The translations under genes were made by a program, and so were the position numbers. This document shows positions 19,783 through 29,353 of a stretch of DNA of 64,000 nucleotides, piece by piece; within the stretch, counting starts at the first letter, position 1; each line of letters begins with the position of its first letter. Under the pieces are notes generated by a model that was not told where the DNA came from, did no database searches, and was given only the letters and a program-made list of their open reading frames with translations. This stretch comes from Syntrophorhabdaceae bacterium (GTDB taxonomy: Bacteria; Desulfobacterota; Syntrophorhabdia; Syntrophorhabdales; Syntrophorhabdaceae), in the NCBI GenBank assembly GCA_963666485.2, contig CAXXUO010000001.1:480001-544000 (forward strand), in the 5' to 3' direction.

Positions 19783-20474
19783 AGGGGCGTCCTCGCGAGG
19801 GCGAAGAGGACGACGTCCGAGGACCCGGCCCTCACGAGGGTCCGGGCCGCCTCGGCCGCGGTATACCCCGTCGTGAAAAGATCATCGACAAGCAGGATCC
19901 GCCTGCCGCTTAACTGGTCGGGTCTGTTCACCCGGAACGCTCCGCGTACATTCTTCTTCCGCTCATTCCTTGAAAGGCTGAACTGGTCACGCACGCCTTC
20001 GTTCTTGGCAAGCAGGGCATACTCAACGGAAAGCCCTGTGAGGGCCCCGATCTCTTCAGCGATTATGTACGACTGGTTGAAACCCCTTTCCCGGAGCCTT
20101 TTCGCCGACACCGGCACGGGCACGACGAAATCGACCTCCCTGTCGATACCGTGAAGCTTATGCGATACAAGCCGCACGAGCTCGCGGCCTATCTTTTTGA
20201 ACCCCTGAAATTTGAACGCATGGATGGCTTCCCGTACCGCCCCGTCGTACTCGAACCCAAACGAACCCCGGCTGAACCACATCTTTGTCCTGCTGCACGA
20301 ACCGCACACCACGGAACGCCCGAGCCAGCGCCCGCACACCGGGCACACTTCGTCATCCCGGACAATGCGGAACCCGGCAGTGCACTTCTCGCAGAGAACA
20401 TCGCCCTCTGCGCCGCAGACTCCACATGATTGGGGGTAAAAGAGACGTAACGCTGAGTTGAGAAAACTAAGCAC
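19779..20474 (-). CDS. comF: ComF family protein (zinc finger + phosphoribosyltransferase)
   Basis: Four CxxC pairs, RGFNQS, LLVDDLFTTG. GTG start inferred. Confidence 0.9.
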   Translation of the reverse strand: MLSFLNSALRLFYPQSCGVCGAEGDVLCEKCTAGFRIVRDDEVCPVCGRWLGRSVVCGSCSRTKMWFSRGSFGFEYDGAVREAIHAFKFQGFKKIGRELVRLVSHKLHGIDREVDFVVPVPVSAKRLRERGFNQSYIIAEEIGALTGLSVEYALLAKNEGVRDQFSLSRNERKKNVRGAFRVNRPDQLSGRRILLVDDLFTTGYTAAEAARTLVRAGSSDVVLFALARTPL

Positions 20475-21663
20475 CGTACTTGTCGAGCCGCCCCCCGTGC
20501 GCAAGGGCAAGGGACATGAGGTCTTTGCTGTATAGTGTTCCTACACTCCCGGCAAGGCAGTTTTTTTCGTGAAAGACCATGCCGTCCGTTTCCCCGGTCT
20601 TTGTCACGATGAGGGCCGGCACCGGATGCCAGCTATGGCCTTTCATCGGGCACGGCGTCGAATGGTCCCCTGTAATGACGAGGGTGTGCGGGTCGAGCCC
20701 GGCGATCTCCGGGAGGAACGTGTCAACGTTCTCGATGGCCTGCACCTTTTCCGCAAAATTACCGTCCTCTCCTGCAAGGTCCGTTTCCTTGACATGGAAG
20801 AAGAAAAATTGGTAATCGCTGTAATTCTTTTTCAGGATCGCGACAGCCTCGTCGTAGTTTGCCGGTTCGTCCCTGACATCCATCCCGAGGACCTTCGCTA
20901 TACCGCGGTACATCGGGTATGTGGCGATCGCCAGCGCCTTCATGCGATATTTTGCGGTAAACGGCGTGATGTCGGGCTTTAAGGAAAAACCGCGCAGAAG
21001 CGCCCCGTTTGCGACAGGCTCCACCTTCAGGATGTCCATAACCCGTTCGATAAAACCGTTGACGACGCGCGCGGAGAACTCGGCGTCCGGGGATTTCGCC
21101 GATGTGTAGACGAACGGTTTGTTGTCCTTGTGGGGATCGGCATCCGAAAGTTTATCAGTAAGGTTCTTTCCCCTGAATATGACGGCAAACCGGTGGGATT
21201 TGCCGGGCTTTATAATAACCTCGCACCCTTCGACCTTTTCCACCTGCGAACTGATGAGCTTGCAAAGGCGCTCGGTTTCCGATGTCGGTATCCGGCCTGC
21301 CCTGCGATCGGTGACAAGGCCGTTCTTGACGGTGCAGAAATTCGCGCGGGCGGCGAGGTCGCCGTCCTTGAGGTCCATGTTGAGCCCGAGGACCTCGAGC
21401 ACCCCGCGCCCTATTTCATGGACTTGCGGGTCGTACCCGAAAAGGCTCAGGTGGCCCGGGCCGCTCCCCGGGGTGATGCCGATATCGACGGGAGTGATGC
21501 GGCCGAGGACGCCCCTCTTTGTCGCGAGGTCGTCCATGTTGGGTTTTTTCGCGGCCTCGAGCGGGGTCTTCAGGCCAAACGCCGGATTGGGAATGTCCCC
21601 GAGGCCGTCCAGTATGAGGAAGATAACCTTGTTGTCGTTTGACAGCAGCAGTTCATCCATCAT
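20467..21663 (-). CDS. apgM: 2,3-bisphosphoglycerate-independent phosphoglycerate mutase, ApgM type
   Basis: LDGLGD, TPLEAA, TPGSGPGHLSLFGYDP, TGDHSTP, HSWHPVP. Confidence 0.92.
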   Translation of the reverse strand: MMDELLLSNDNKVIFLILDGLGDIPNPAFGLKTPLEAAKKPNMDDLATKRGVLGRITPVDIGITPGSGPGHLSLFGYDPQVHEIGRGVLEVLGLNMDLKDGDLAARANFCTVKNGLVTDRRAGRIPTSETERLCKLISSQVEKVEGCEVIIKPGKSHRFAVIFRGKNLTDKLSDADPHKDNKPFVYTSAKSPDAEFSARVVNGFIERVMDILKVEPVANGALLRGFSLKPDITPFTAKYRMKALAIATYPMYRGIAKVLGMDVRDEPANYDEAVAILKKNYSDYQFFFFHVKETDLAGEDGNFAEKVQAIENVDTFLPEIAGLDPHTLVITGDHSTPCPMKGHSWHPVPALIVTKTGETDGMVFHEKNCLAGSVGTLYSKDLMSLALAHGGRLDKYGA

Positions 21664-23030
21664 GGTTCGCTCCGCGTCCACTCCGCTTCGTCATAGAGGG
21701 TCCTCAGTTCGGTCATGTCGCCGTGCAGAAAATCCTCTTTCTTCACATTTATCGTATTCCAGCTGTAGCAGCTTTCGCAATAATCGCTCCATTTTTCCTT
21801 GAGGGAATTGCATTTCGTGCAGACAAAAGGAATATACACCGATTCGTCCATCGGGAAGGCGTCCTTGAATTCCTGAACGGCGTTCTCCAACTCGCCCCTG
21901 TGGACGTAGGCCTCGGCCATGGCCCTGTGCAGGCCTTTGAAATCCTCGCCTTCCGCCATGAGGGAATTCAAAGTGTCGATGGCCTCATCGATCATTTCGA
22001 GCCTTAAGCACAATCTGGCATAGAGAAAGGAGATCAGGTGGTCATCGGGAGAGACGTCGAGGACCCTCCGGTAGATCTTGAGGATGACCTCGGGGTCGCC
22101 CCTGTCAATATAGAGGTCTTCCATCTTCAGGAGGAACTCTATGTGGCCGGTCTTTGTGTATCCCCTGCCGTAGATCCTTCCGGCCTCGTTCAGTTTCCCG
22201 GTCTTTTTGTACGCCTCCCCAAGCAGGACATACGCCGGTATAAACCTCTTATCCTCGCCGATGATCTCTTTGAGCTCATCGATGATCGTCTCCGCGTTCA
22301 GCTGGAACTGGTCATTGAAAAGGGCATAAGCCTTCTGGTAGCGGATCCCGATAAGGCGCTTTCCTTCCTCCTCGGTTTTCACGTAACGCCGTATCTTCTT
22401 CTCTACGTCGTATGCCCCGTCCCAATCCTTCTTCCATACGTAGAGGTCCCGCATGAGCCGCAGGGCATCGAGGCTCGACTCGTTGACCCTGAGAATATCC
22501 TTGAGTATAGCTTCGTTCCTGGCGTAATCCCTGGCTTTCATGTTCAGTCTGACCTTCTTGAACAGAATGCTTTCGACCTTGCCTAAGCTCGCCTCGGCGA
22601 GGTCCAGGGTTTCCCGCGCCTTGTCATAATCCTCCATCGAGACGTAGATATCGGCAAGGGCAATGTAGGTCTCTTCGCGGCCCGGGTTCCTGCGCGCAAG
22701 CCTGTCAAGGTGTTCTATGGCCTTCTCGCGGTCGCCTTTGAGGTCGTAATGACGGGCTTTTTCCAGGAGTTCCAGGTATTCTTCGCTTCTGCGCTCGGCA
22801 CGTCTCGCCATCCACGACGTCACGGCTGTTTTCAGGTCGTAGAAAAAGCTGACGATAATGGAGATAACGACGCCGAGACAGAACGCCGCAATAATGAATT
22901 CCGCGAGGGAGAGTTCGATGGGGCGGTGCCCACCGTAGTAAAACTTGACGTTTTCCGGGTTCAGGTGGGCAATATAGAAGTAGAAGACAAGGAAGAGTGC
23001 GAGAACGAAAAAGAATATCTTATAGCGCAT
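21660..23030 (-). CDS. LapA-like TM domain + TPR + rubredoxin-like zinc domain (LapB-like)
   Basis: Two N-terminal TMs, TPR repeats, C-terminal CTKC...CESC.SWNT. Confidence 0.82.
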   Translation of the reverse strand: MRYKIFFFVLALFLVFYFYIAHLNPENVKFYYGGHRPIELSLAEFIIAAFCLGVVISIIVSFFYDLKTAVTSWMARRAERRSEEYLELLEKARHYDLKGDREKAIEHLDRLARRNPGREETYIALADIYVSMEDYDKARETLDLAEASLGKVESILFKKVRLNMKARDYARNEAILKDILRVNESSLDALRLMRDLYVWKKDWDGAYDVEKKIRRYVKTEEEGKRLIGIRYQKAYALFNDQFQLNAETIIDELKEIIGEDKRFIPAYVLLGEAYKKTGKLNEAGRIYGRGYTKTGHIEFLLKMEDLYIDRGDPEVILKIYRRVLDVSPDDHLISFLYARLCLRLEMIDEAIDTLNSLMAEGEDFKGLHRAMAEAYVHRGELENAVQEFKDAFPMDESVYIPFVCTKCNSLKEKWSDYCESCYSWNTINVKKEDFLHGDMTELRTLYDEAEWTRSEP

Positions 23031-23034
23031 TTCT

Positions 23035-23388
23035 TTATAATCCTTTCTCCTCCATTTGTCGCTTACACGTTATACAATAACGTGCTACGGGATTTGCTTC
23101 AAGTCTTTTCTCGCTGATCTTCTCCTCGCATTCCTCACAGATGCCGTAGGAGCCCTTGTTCAGCTTGTCGAGCGAATTGTCGATATCCTTGAGGATGGTG
23201 AGGTCGTTGTCGCTTATGCTCATGAGGATGTCGGCATTGTACGTATTGCTGGCGGCATCGGCCATGTCCTGGATGCCGTCCGTGCCAAGGTTATATGAGT
23301 CCTCTTTGAGCTTTTTCGCCTTGTTGAGGATGTTCTCGCGCATCTTCAGCAGCCTCTTCCGGTATAACTCTATGGTCTGTTTATTCAT
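23035..23388 (-). CDS. dksA: DksA/TraR family regulator
   Basis: DMADAA coiled-coil tip and YGICEEC...RL.A.P...CITC. Confidence 0.88.
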   Translation of the reverse strand: MNKQTIELYRKRLLKMRENILNKAKKLKEDSYNLGTDGIQDMADAASNTYNADILMSISDNDLTILKDIDNSLDKLNKGSYGICEECEEKISEKRLEANPVARYCITCKRQMEEKGL

Positions 23389-23755
23389 TGCCCACCTCTA
23401 TATCCTTGTTTTCTTTTTTTATTCTGTATTTTTTGGCCTCCAGCCACAGGCTTTCGAGATCATACAGTTCCCTCAGCGAGGACAGAAAAATATGGACGAT
23501 AACACTCTGAAAATCAAGAATAACCCACCGTCCTTCGTCGTACCCTTCCGATGCGGCGGGCCGCATCTTTTTTTCCTTCATGCCTTCGCGGACCCCGTCC
23601 GCGACCGTTCTTACGTGACGCTCGCTTGTGCCGCTGGCGATGACGAAATAATCGGCAATGTCCGTAAGGCCTTCGAGGTTCATTATAACGATGTCCCCCG
23701 CTTTTTTGTCATCTGCCAGCCTGCCGAGCTCTTCGGCTAATTCTTCAGGTTTCAT
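23381..23755 (-). CDS. rsfS: ribosome silencing factor
   Basis: DKKA.DI, DYFVIASG.S.RHV, WVILD, Y.LE.LW; follows nadD. Confidence 0.93.
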   Translation of the reverse strand: MKPEELAEELGRLADDKKAGDIVIMNLEGLTDIADYFVIASGTSERHVRTVADGVREGMKEKKMRPAASEGYDEGRWVILDFQSVIVHIFLSSLRELYDLESLWLEAKKYRIKKENKDIEVGNE

Positions 23756-23756
23756 G

Positions 23757-24392
23757 TCAGGACCTGTACAACCCCCTTTCACGTATGATCTTCTCGACCG
23801 GAGCGGGGACAAGGTATTTTATCGACCTTGAATCCCTGTGCAGGGCACGCACCTTCGTCGACGAGATGTCTATCTTTGTCACAGCCCGTAGATATATCAT
23901 TTTACCCGATTCATGCCTGTAAACATTTTCCTCCTGCGCGCTAAGTTTAGCACGAATGCGCTCAGGAAGCATCCCGGGGATGTCAGGCTGCCCCGGTACG
24001 GGCCGCGTCATGACGATAAAGTTCGTATGGTAAAAAAGTTCCTCATAATGGTACCAGGTATCGATGAGCATGAAAGCGTCGATACCGATAATAAAATAGA
24101 TATCGTTGAAGCGGCGGCCGAGCTTTTTCAAGGTCTCGATCGTGTAGGAGACACCGCCCCGCCTTATCTCGAGATCGGACACCCGGAAGAGAGGGTTTCC
24201 CCTGACAGCTGCCTTAAGCATTCTCAGCCGGTCTGACGACAGGGCCGCCCCGTCGCTGTCTTTGTGGGGCGGCAGATGGGACGGCACAAAATAGACGGCC
24301 TCGAGGCGGAAATCCTCCCGTATCTCCTCGGCCACGCGCAGGTGACCTACGTGCACAGGATTGAAGGTTCCGCCAAAGACCCCTATTGCCAT
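23757..24392 (-). CDS. nadD: nicotinate-nucleotide adenylyltransferase
   Basis: GGTFNPVHVGH, PPHK, SYTIETL, ISST. Confidence 0.96.
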   Translation of the reverse strand: MAIGVFGGTFNPVHVGHLRVAEEIREDFRLEAVYFVPSHLPPHKDSDGAALSSDRLRMLKAAVRGNPLFRVSDLEIRRGGVSYTIETLKKLGRRFNDIYFIIGIDAFMLIDTWYHYEELFYHTNFIVMTRPVPGQPDIPGMLPERIRAKLSAQEENVYRHESGKMIYLRAVTKIDISSTKVRALHRDSRSIKYLVPAPVEKIIRERGLYRS

Positions 24393-24401
24393 CAGTCTAC
24401 C

Positions 24402-25646
24402 CTATGTCCTTACCTGCCCGCTGCCGAAACCGATGAATTTCGTAACGGTAAGCTCTTCGAGCCCCATGGGCCCGAATGCGTGAAGCCTCGTCGTGCTTAT
24501 CCCCATTTCTGCGCCGAGGCCAAGCTGGAAGCCGTCGTTGAGCCGGGTCGACGCGTTGACCAGAACGAGCGACGAGTTTACCTCGCGCAGAAATTTCCAG
24601 GCCCTGTCATAATTGGTCGTGATGATCGCCTCGGTGTGACTCGAGCCATACTTCCGGATGTGAGCGATGGCATCGGCCATATCTTTCACGACCTTCACCG
24701 ACAGCGTCAGGTCGAGGTATTCCCTGTACCAGTCCGCATTCGTCGCTTTCTTTATCCCCTTCAGTATGGCTGCTGTCTTTTCGCAGCCCCTGACAACCAC
24801 GCCCTGCCGTGTCAGTTCCTTGTGGACCTTCGGCAGGAAGGACCGGGCTATCTTCTCGTTGACGAGGAGCGTTTCCAGTGCGTTGCAGGTGGCGGGCTTC
24901 TGGACCTTCGCGTTTATCGAAACGTCCATGGCCAGTTTCTCGTCGAACTCGTCGTCAATGTATATATGACAAACACCCTTGTAATGCTTGAGGACGGGTA
25001 TCCGGGACCGTTCCACGATGCTGCGTATCAGCGCCTCCCCGCCGCGGGGAATGACGAGGTCTATCTCCTCCTCCCGTTCGAGCAGCGAATAAATGAAATC
25101 ACGGTCCGCCGTCTCGACAAACTGGATGGCATCGGGCGGTATGTCCGATTCTTCCAACGTTTCCACGATCAGCCTGTACAGGGCCTTATTTGAATGATAC
25201 GCCTCGGAGCCCCCTTTCAGGATCACGCAGTTGCCGCTTTTCAGGCACAGGGAAAAGGCCTCCACGGTGACGTTCGGCCGTGATTCGTAAATGATCAGGA
25301 TGACGCCGATGGGTATCCTCATTCGCCCGACGAGAAGGTCGTTCGGCCTCTTCCAGGTCTTGACGATCTCTCCTACGGGGTCGGGAAGGGCCGCAACATC
25401 TTTGAGGCTCCCCTGCATTTCCCGCAGGACCTTGTCATCTATCCTCAACCGGTCGATAAGGCTCCGCGCAAGGCCTTCTTTCTCTGCGGCCTTTATGTCC
25501 TTTGCATTTTCCTCGTACAGGTACCCCTGGTTCTTTCCCAGTTTTTCGGCTAGCCGTACGAGGACCCGGTTCTTTTCATCGGTCGTGGCGTGCGCCAGGA
25601 CGTCGGACGCCCCTTTCGCCCTCTGCGCCAGTTTTTCCGCTTTCAT
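24402..25646 (-). CDS. proA: glutamate-5-semialdehyde dehydrogenase
   Basis: IYESRPNVT, CNALETLL, NASTR..DG..LGLGAEMGIST. Confidence 0.97.
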   Translation of the reverse strand: MKAEKLAQRAKGASDVLAHATTDEKNRVLVRLAEKLGKNQGYLYEENAKDIKAAEKEGLARSLIDRLRIDDKVLREMQGSLKDVAALPDPVGEIVKTWKRPNDLLVGRMRIPIGVILIIYESRPNVTVEAFSLCLKSGNCVILKGGSEAYHSNKALYRLIVETLEESDIPPDAIQFVETADRDFIYSLLEREEEIDLVIPRGGEALIRSIVERSRIPVLKHYKGVCHIYIDDEFDEKLAMDVSINAKVQKPATCNALETLLVNEKIARSFLPKVHKELTRQGVVVRGCEKTAAILKGIKKATNADWYREYLDLTLSVKVVKDMADAIAHIRKYGSSHTEAIITTNYDRAWKFLREVNSSLVLVNASTRLNDGFQLGLGAEMGISTTRLHAFGPMGLEELTVTKFIGFGSGQVRT

Positions 25647-26737
25647 ATGACCACCATGTTGTCCCTGTGCACTATTTCTTCGGTATATTTGTACCCGAGC
25701 TCCCGTTCGATATCGAGGCTCTTCAAGCCTTTTATCCTGTCCATTTCGGACGACGAGTAATTGGCGATCCCCTTCGCGACCACGGTCCCCGATGCGTTCT
25801 TCATCTCGATGCAGTCACCGCTCGCGAAATGGCCCTCGATCCGGACAACGCCCGACGGCAGGAGGCTCTTGCCGTTCGAGACGATCGCCCGCTCCGCTCC
25901 CTCGTCGACCCACACGGTCCCCTTCGCCTTGAAGGCAAACGCGGTCCACCACTTGCGCCGCGCCAGCTTGCGGCCGGGCAGGAACAGGGTCCCGACCTCT
26001 TTGCCCGCTATGACATTGAGGATGACGTCCTTTTTGCCGCCGAGGACGACCCGGGTCGGTATCCCGTACATACCGGCTTTCTTAGCTGCTTCGAGCTTGC
26101 TTATCATGCCGCCGACACTTTTTTCGCTTGCCGATTGCGCAGCGCTTCCCTCGATGTCTTCATCGATCCTCCGCACGACAGGTATCATCTTCGCGTGGGG
26201 GTTCCGGTTCGGGTCGCAGTCGTAGAGCCCTTCGACATCCGACAGGATGAGGAGCAGGTCGGCGGATGCGATCTGGGCGATCATGGCCGAGAGATTGTCG
26301 TTGTCACCGAACTTTATCTCCGTGAACGAAAGCGCGTCGTTTTCGTTTATCACGGGAACGATGCCCATCCTGAGAAGGGTATCGAGCGTGTTGGTAAGGT
26401 TGAGGCACCGTGTCCTGTTCTTGATGTCCTCATGGGTGAGCAGGATCTGGCTCACCTTCATGGCCTTCTTCTCGAAGTTCTCACGGTACATCTTCATGAG
26501 AAGGACCTGGCCGATGGACGCAAGGGCCTGCTTCTTGGCGATCTCTTTCGGCTTGCGGGAGATGCCGATGGTCTCCATGCCGCATCCCACGGCGCCGCTC
26601 GACACGATGATGACCTCCGTGCCGGCATCTCGTGCCTTTTTCACCTGTCGCGCGATATCGCGTATCTTGTCGGAACTTATCTTCTTATCGTCGTCAAGAA
26701 GCACGGATGTCCCGATTTTAATGACAACCCGGTTCAT
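25643..26737 (-). CDS. proB: glutamate 5-kinase
   Basis: VIKIGTS, INENDA, FGDNDNLSA, GGM.SK, PUA domain. Confidence 0.97.
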   Translation of the reverse strand: MNRVVIKIGTSVLLDDDKKISSDKIRDIARQVKKARDAGTEVIIVSSGAVGCGMETIGISRKPKEIAKKQALASIGQVLLMKMYRENFEKKAMKVSQILLTHEDIKNRTRCLNLTNTLDTLLRMGIVPVINENDALSFTEIKFGDNDNLSAMIAQIASADLLLILSDVEGLYDCDPNRNPHAKMIPVVRRIDEDIEGSAAQSASEKSVGGMISKLEAAKKAGMYGIPTRVVLGGKKDVILNVIAGKEVGTLFLPGRKLARRKWWTAFAFKAKGTVWVDEGAERAIVSNGKSLLPSGVVRIEGHFASGDCIEMKNASGTVVAKGIANYSSSEMDRIKGLKSLDIERELGYKYTEEIVHRDNMVVI

Positions 26738-27780
26738 TCAAAAACCTCGGCACTATCTTTTTTCGCGGTCCCCTCGAGAGCAAGGTCCTGCTTCAACGAG
26801 TGAATGCTGCTTGAAATTGCGGTCTTGAGCTCCCGGATCCCCGCCCGGGTACGCGCGCTCACGACGACGGCCTTCTCTCCCGAACCCTCAAGGTCTGCCT
26901 TCCGCCGGGCGGCCTCGTCCGCCGGCACCAGGTCCGCTTTGTTGAGGACAATGATCCGCGGTTTTGCCAGCATCGCGTCCTTATAGGTCCCGAGCTCGTC
27001 AAGCAGTGTCGCGTAATCCCCTGCGACGTCGCCCGAAGAAAGATCGAGCACGATGAGGAGCGCACCCGTTCTTTCGATATGCTTCAAAAATGCGAGGCCA
27101 AGTCCCTTCCCCTGAGATGCCCCTTCGATGATGCCGGGGATATCGGCGATCACGAACTTCTTTTCGTCGTCATCGTCGAGCACGCCGAGGCTGGGCTTGA
27201 GCGTCGTGAAAGGATAATCGCCAACCTTGGGCCTTGCCTGCGTGAGGCGGGAGATGAGCGTCGATTTCCCGGCATTCGGGTGGCCGACAAGCCCGATGTC
27301 CGCGAGAAGCTTGAGGTCAAGATAGAGCCAGCGTTTTTCGCCCTCTTCCCCGGGGTCGAACTCGAGGGGCGCCTTGTGCGTCGGCGTGACGAACCGGGCA
27401 TTGCCGCGGCCGCCGCGGCCGCCTCTCGCTGCAACACGGACCTCGCCGTCCTTTAAGACCTGGAATAGAACAACTGATGCGTCACGGTCAGTCACGACCG
27501 TGCCGAGGGGCACGTTTATTGTGATGTCGCTGCCTTCCCTGCCGGTCTTGTTCCTGCCCGACCCGGCCTTTCCATTTTCGGCTTTGTACGTGCGCTTGTA
27601 TCTGAAATCGTGGAGGCTTGCGAGGTCCTTATTGCCTGCTATGATAACGTCTCCTCCCTTCCCGCCATCACCGCCGTCAGGCCCGCCTCGCGGAATGAAC
27701 TTTTCTCGTCGGAAACTTACACAGCCGCTCCCACCCCGTCCCGCTTCAACGTATATGGTCGCTTCATCAATGAATTTCAT
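26734..27780 (-). CDS. obgE: GTPase ObgE
   Basis: FRREKFIPRGGPDGGDGG, GHPNAGKST, YPFTTL, DIPG, NKAD. Confidence 0.98.
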   Translation of the reverse strand: MKFIDEATIYVEAGRGGSGCVSFRREKFIPRGGPDGGDGGKGGDVIIAGNKDLASLHDFRYKRTYKAENGKAGSGRNKTGREGSDITINVPLGTVVTDRDASVVLFQVLKDGEVRVAARGGRGGRGNARFVTPTHKAPLEFDPGEEGEKRWLYLDLKLLADIGLVGHPNAGKSTLISRLTQARPKVGDYPFTTLKPSLGVLDDDDEKKFVIADIPGIIEGASQGKGLGLAFLKHIERTGALLIVLDLSSGDVAGDYATLLDELGTYKDAMLAKPRIIVLNKADLVPADEAARRKADLEGSGEKAVVVSARTRAGIRELKTAISSSIHSLKQDLALEGTAKKDSAEVFE

Positions 27781-28031
27781 CAAGCGGGAAGAACATGCGC
27801 CCTTCTCTTGTCACCTGACACGTCGAATTTCACGATACCGTCGATCAAGGCAAAGAGGGTGTCGTCTTTGCCGATGCCAACATTCTGCCCCGGATGGATC
27901 TTTGTGCCATGCTGCCGTACGATGATGCTTCCGGCCTTGATGGACTGCCCGCCGTATATCTTCACGCCGAGCCTCTGGCCCTGCGAGTCCCTGCCGTTCC
28001 GTGAGCTTCCGCCTGCCTTCTTGTGCGCCAT
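27780..28031 (-). CDS. rpmA: 50S ribosomal protein L27
   Basis: [16 protein letters not shown]. Confidence 0.99.
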   Translation of the reverse strand: MAHKKAGGSSRNGRDSQGQRLGVKIYGGQSIKAGSIIVRQHGTKIHPGQNVGIGKDDTLFALIDGIVKFDVSGDKRRAHVLPA

Positions 28032-28032
28032 T

Positions 28033-28350
28033 TTATGCCTCCACTACGATCTTTTCTACAAGCAGTTCCGTAAAAGGCTGCCGGTGACCTTTTTTCACCT
28101 TGTAGTCTTTCCGTCTCTTGTACTTGAAGACCGTGATCTTCTTGTCTCTTCCCTGGGCAACGACCTTTCCGTTGATGTATGCACCTGAAACGTAGGGACT
28201 TCCGATAAGCGTTGCCTCTCCCGTGTTGACGGCAAGAACGTTCTCGAGTTTCACCTCGTCGCCTTCCGCGCCGGCAAATTTCTCGAGCCTGACCTTCTTC
28301 CCTTCTTCGATCTTGTACTGCTTGCCGCCGTTCTCGATGATCGCGTACAT
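28033..28350 (-). CDS. rplU: 50S ribosomal protein L21
   Basis: [12 protein letters not shown]...GHRQ. Confidence 0.99.
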   Translation of the reverse strand: MYAIIENGGKQYKIEEGKKVRLEKFAGAEGDEVKLENVLAVNTGEATLIGSPYVSGAYINGKVVAQGRDKKITVFKYKRRKDYKVKKGHRQPFTELLVEKIVVEA

Positions 28351-28391
28351 GTAATGCTCCTTAGACTTAGGTTCTGAAAAAAACTACATAT

Positions 28392-28419
28392 ATTATGATA
28401 AGGACGTCAGAAAAGTCAA
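28392..28419 (-). promoter_or_regulatory. sigma70-like promoter of rplU operon
   Basis: TTGACT-16 nt-CATAAT on the minus strand. Confidence 0.6.
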
Positions 28420-28458
28420 TAGAAACGAGCCAGATACGACGCTTTGGGCCCAAAAGTA

Positions 28459-28487
28459 TGGACTTTTAAAAACCTATTCGTTATATT
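28459..28487 (+). promoter_or_regulatory. sigma70-like promoter of tRNA-Pro
   Basis: TGGACT-17 nt-TATATT, 10 nt upstream of the tRNA. Confidence 0.55.
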
Positions 28488-28497
28488 AGGTATTCAT

Positions 28498-28573
28498 CGG
28501 GGCGTAGCGCAGCATGGTTTAGCGCACCTGCTTGGGGTGCAGGAGGCCGCAGGTTCAAATCCCGTCGCCCCGA
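28498..28573 (+). tRNA. tRNA-Pro (GGG)
   Basis: Acceptor CGGGGCG/CGCCCCG, D-stem GCGC/GCGC, anticodon stem CCTGC/GCAGG with loop TTGGGGT, T-loop TTCAAAT (one A-C mismatch in the T-stem). CCA is not encoded. Confidence 0.96.
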
Positions 28574-28600
28574 TATTTTATTTTCAAGACCGGGTAATTC

Positions 28601-29353
28601 TTGCTTATCCTTCTCACCAACGATGATGGAATCCACTCAAAAGGCATCCTGACCCTCGAAGAACACCTCGCGAAAAGGCATGACGTCTACGTGATCGCGC
28701 CCGAGCGCGAGCGCACCTGTGTCGCCCACGCGGTGACGCTGCACAAACCGCTTCGGGTCCGGGAGGTGTCGGAGCGCGTCTTTGCCTCGAACGGCACCCC
28801 TGCCGACTGCGTTCTCCTCGGCGTGAACACCGTTTTGCCGCGAAGGCCCGACTTCATCGTGTCGGGCATCAACACCGGGCCCAACATGGGGCAGGACGTG
28901 AATTATTCCGGGACCGTTGCAGCCGCCAAAGAGGGGGCCTTCCTCGCTATCCCGTCCATGGCCGTCTCGATATGCGCCCGGGAAGACTTCCTTTTCGATG
29001 ATGCGGTCGTGGTCGCCGGACACGTGATCGAGGCATTAAGCGAAGGTGAACTTCCGGAGGGGACCTTCGCTAATGTCAATATTCCCAACCTTCCGCGCGA
29101 TATGCTCAAGGGCTTCACCGTGACAAGGCTCGGCAAAAGGATATATAATGATATTGTCCACGAAAGGATCGACCCGCGAGGCGGAAAATATTACTGGATC
29201 GGCGGCAATGGTGATAAGTACGAACGCAGGCGCGGCACTGACTTCTACGCAGTTGAAAAAGGCTTCGTATCCATTACCCCCCTTGGTCTTGATATAACGA
29301 ACGTGCGTTCGATGAAGATCTACAAAGATCATTTCAAGAGGAGGTTGCCATGA
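28601..29353 (+). CDS. surE: 5'/3'-nucleotidase SurE
   Basis: ILLTNDDG, GTPADCV, SGIN.G.N, YSGTVAAA. Confidence 0.97.
   Translation: MLILLTNDDGIHSKGILTLEEHLAKRHDVYVIAPERERTCVAHAVTLHKPLRVREVSERVFASNGTPADCVLLGVNTVLPRRPDFIVSGINTGPNMGQDVNYSGTVAAAKEGAFLAIPSMAVSICAREDFLFDDAVVVAGHVIEALSEGELPEGTFANVNIPNLPRDMLKGFTVTRLGKRIYNDIVHERIDPRGGKYYWIGGNGDKYERRRGTDFYAVEKGFVSITPLGLDITNVRSMKIYKDHFKRRLP

Noticed and set aside
28498..28600. tRNA-Pro as an island integration site
   Set aside because: Followed directly by surE; no integrase or duplicated tRNA 3' end seen.
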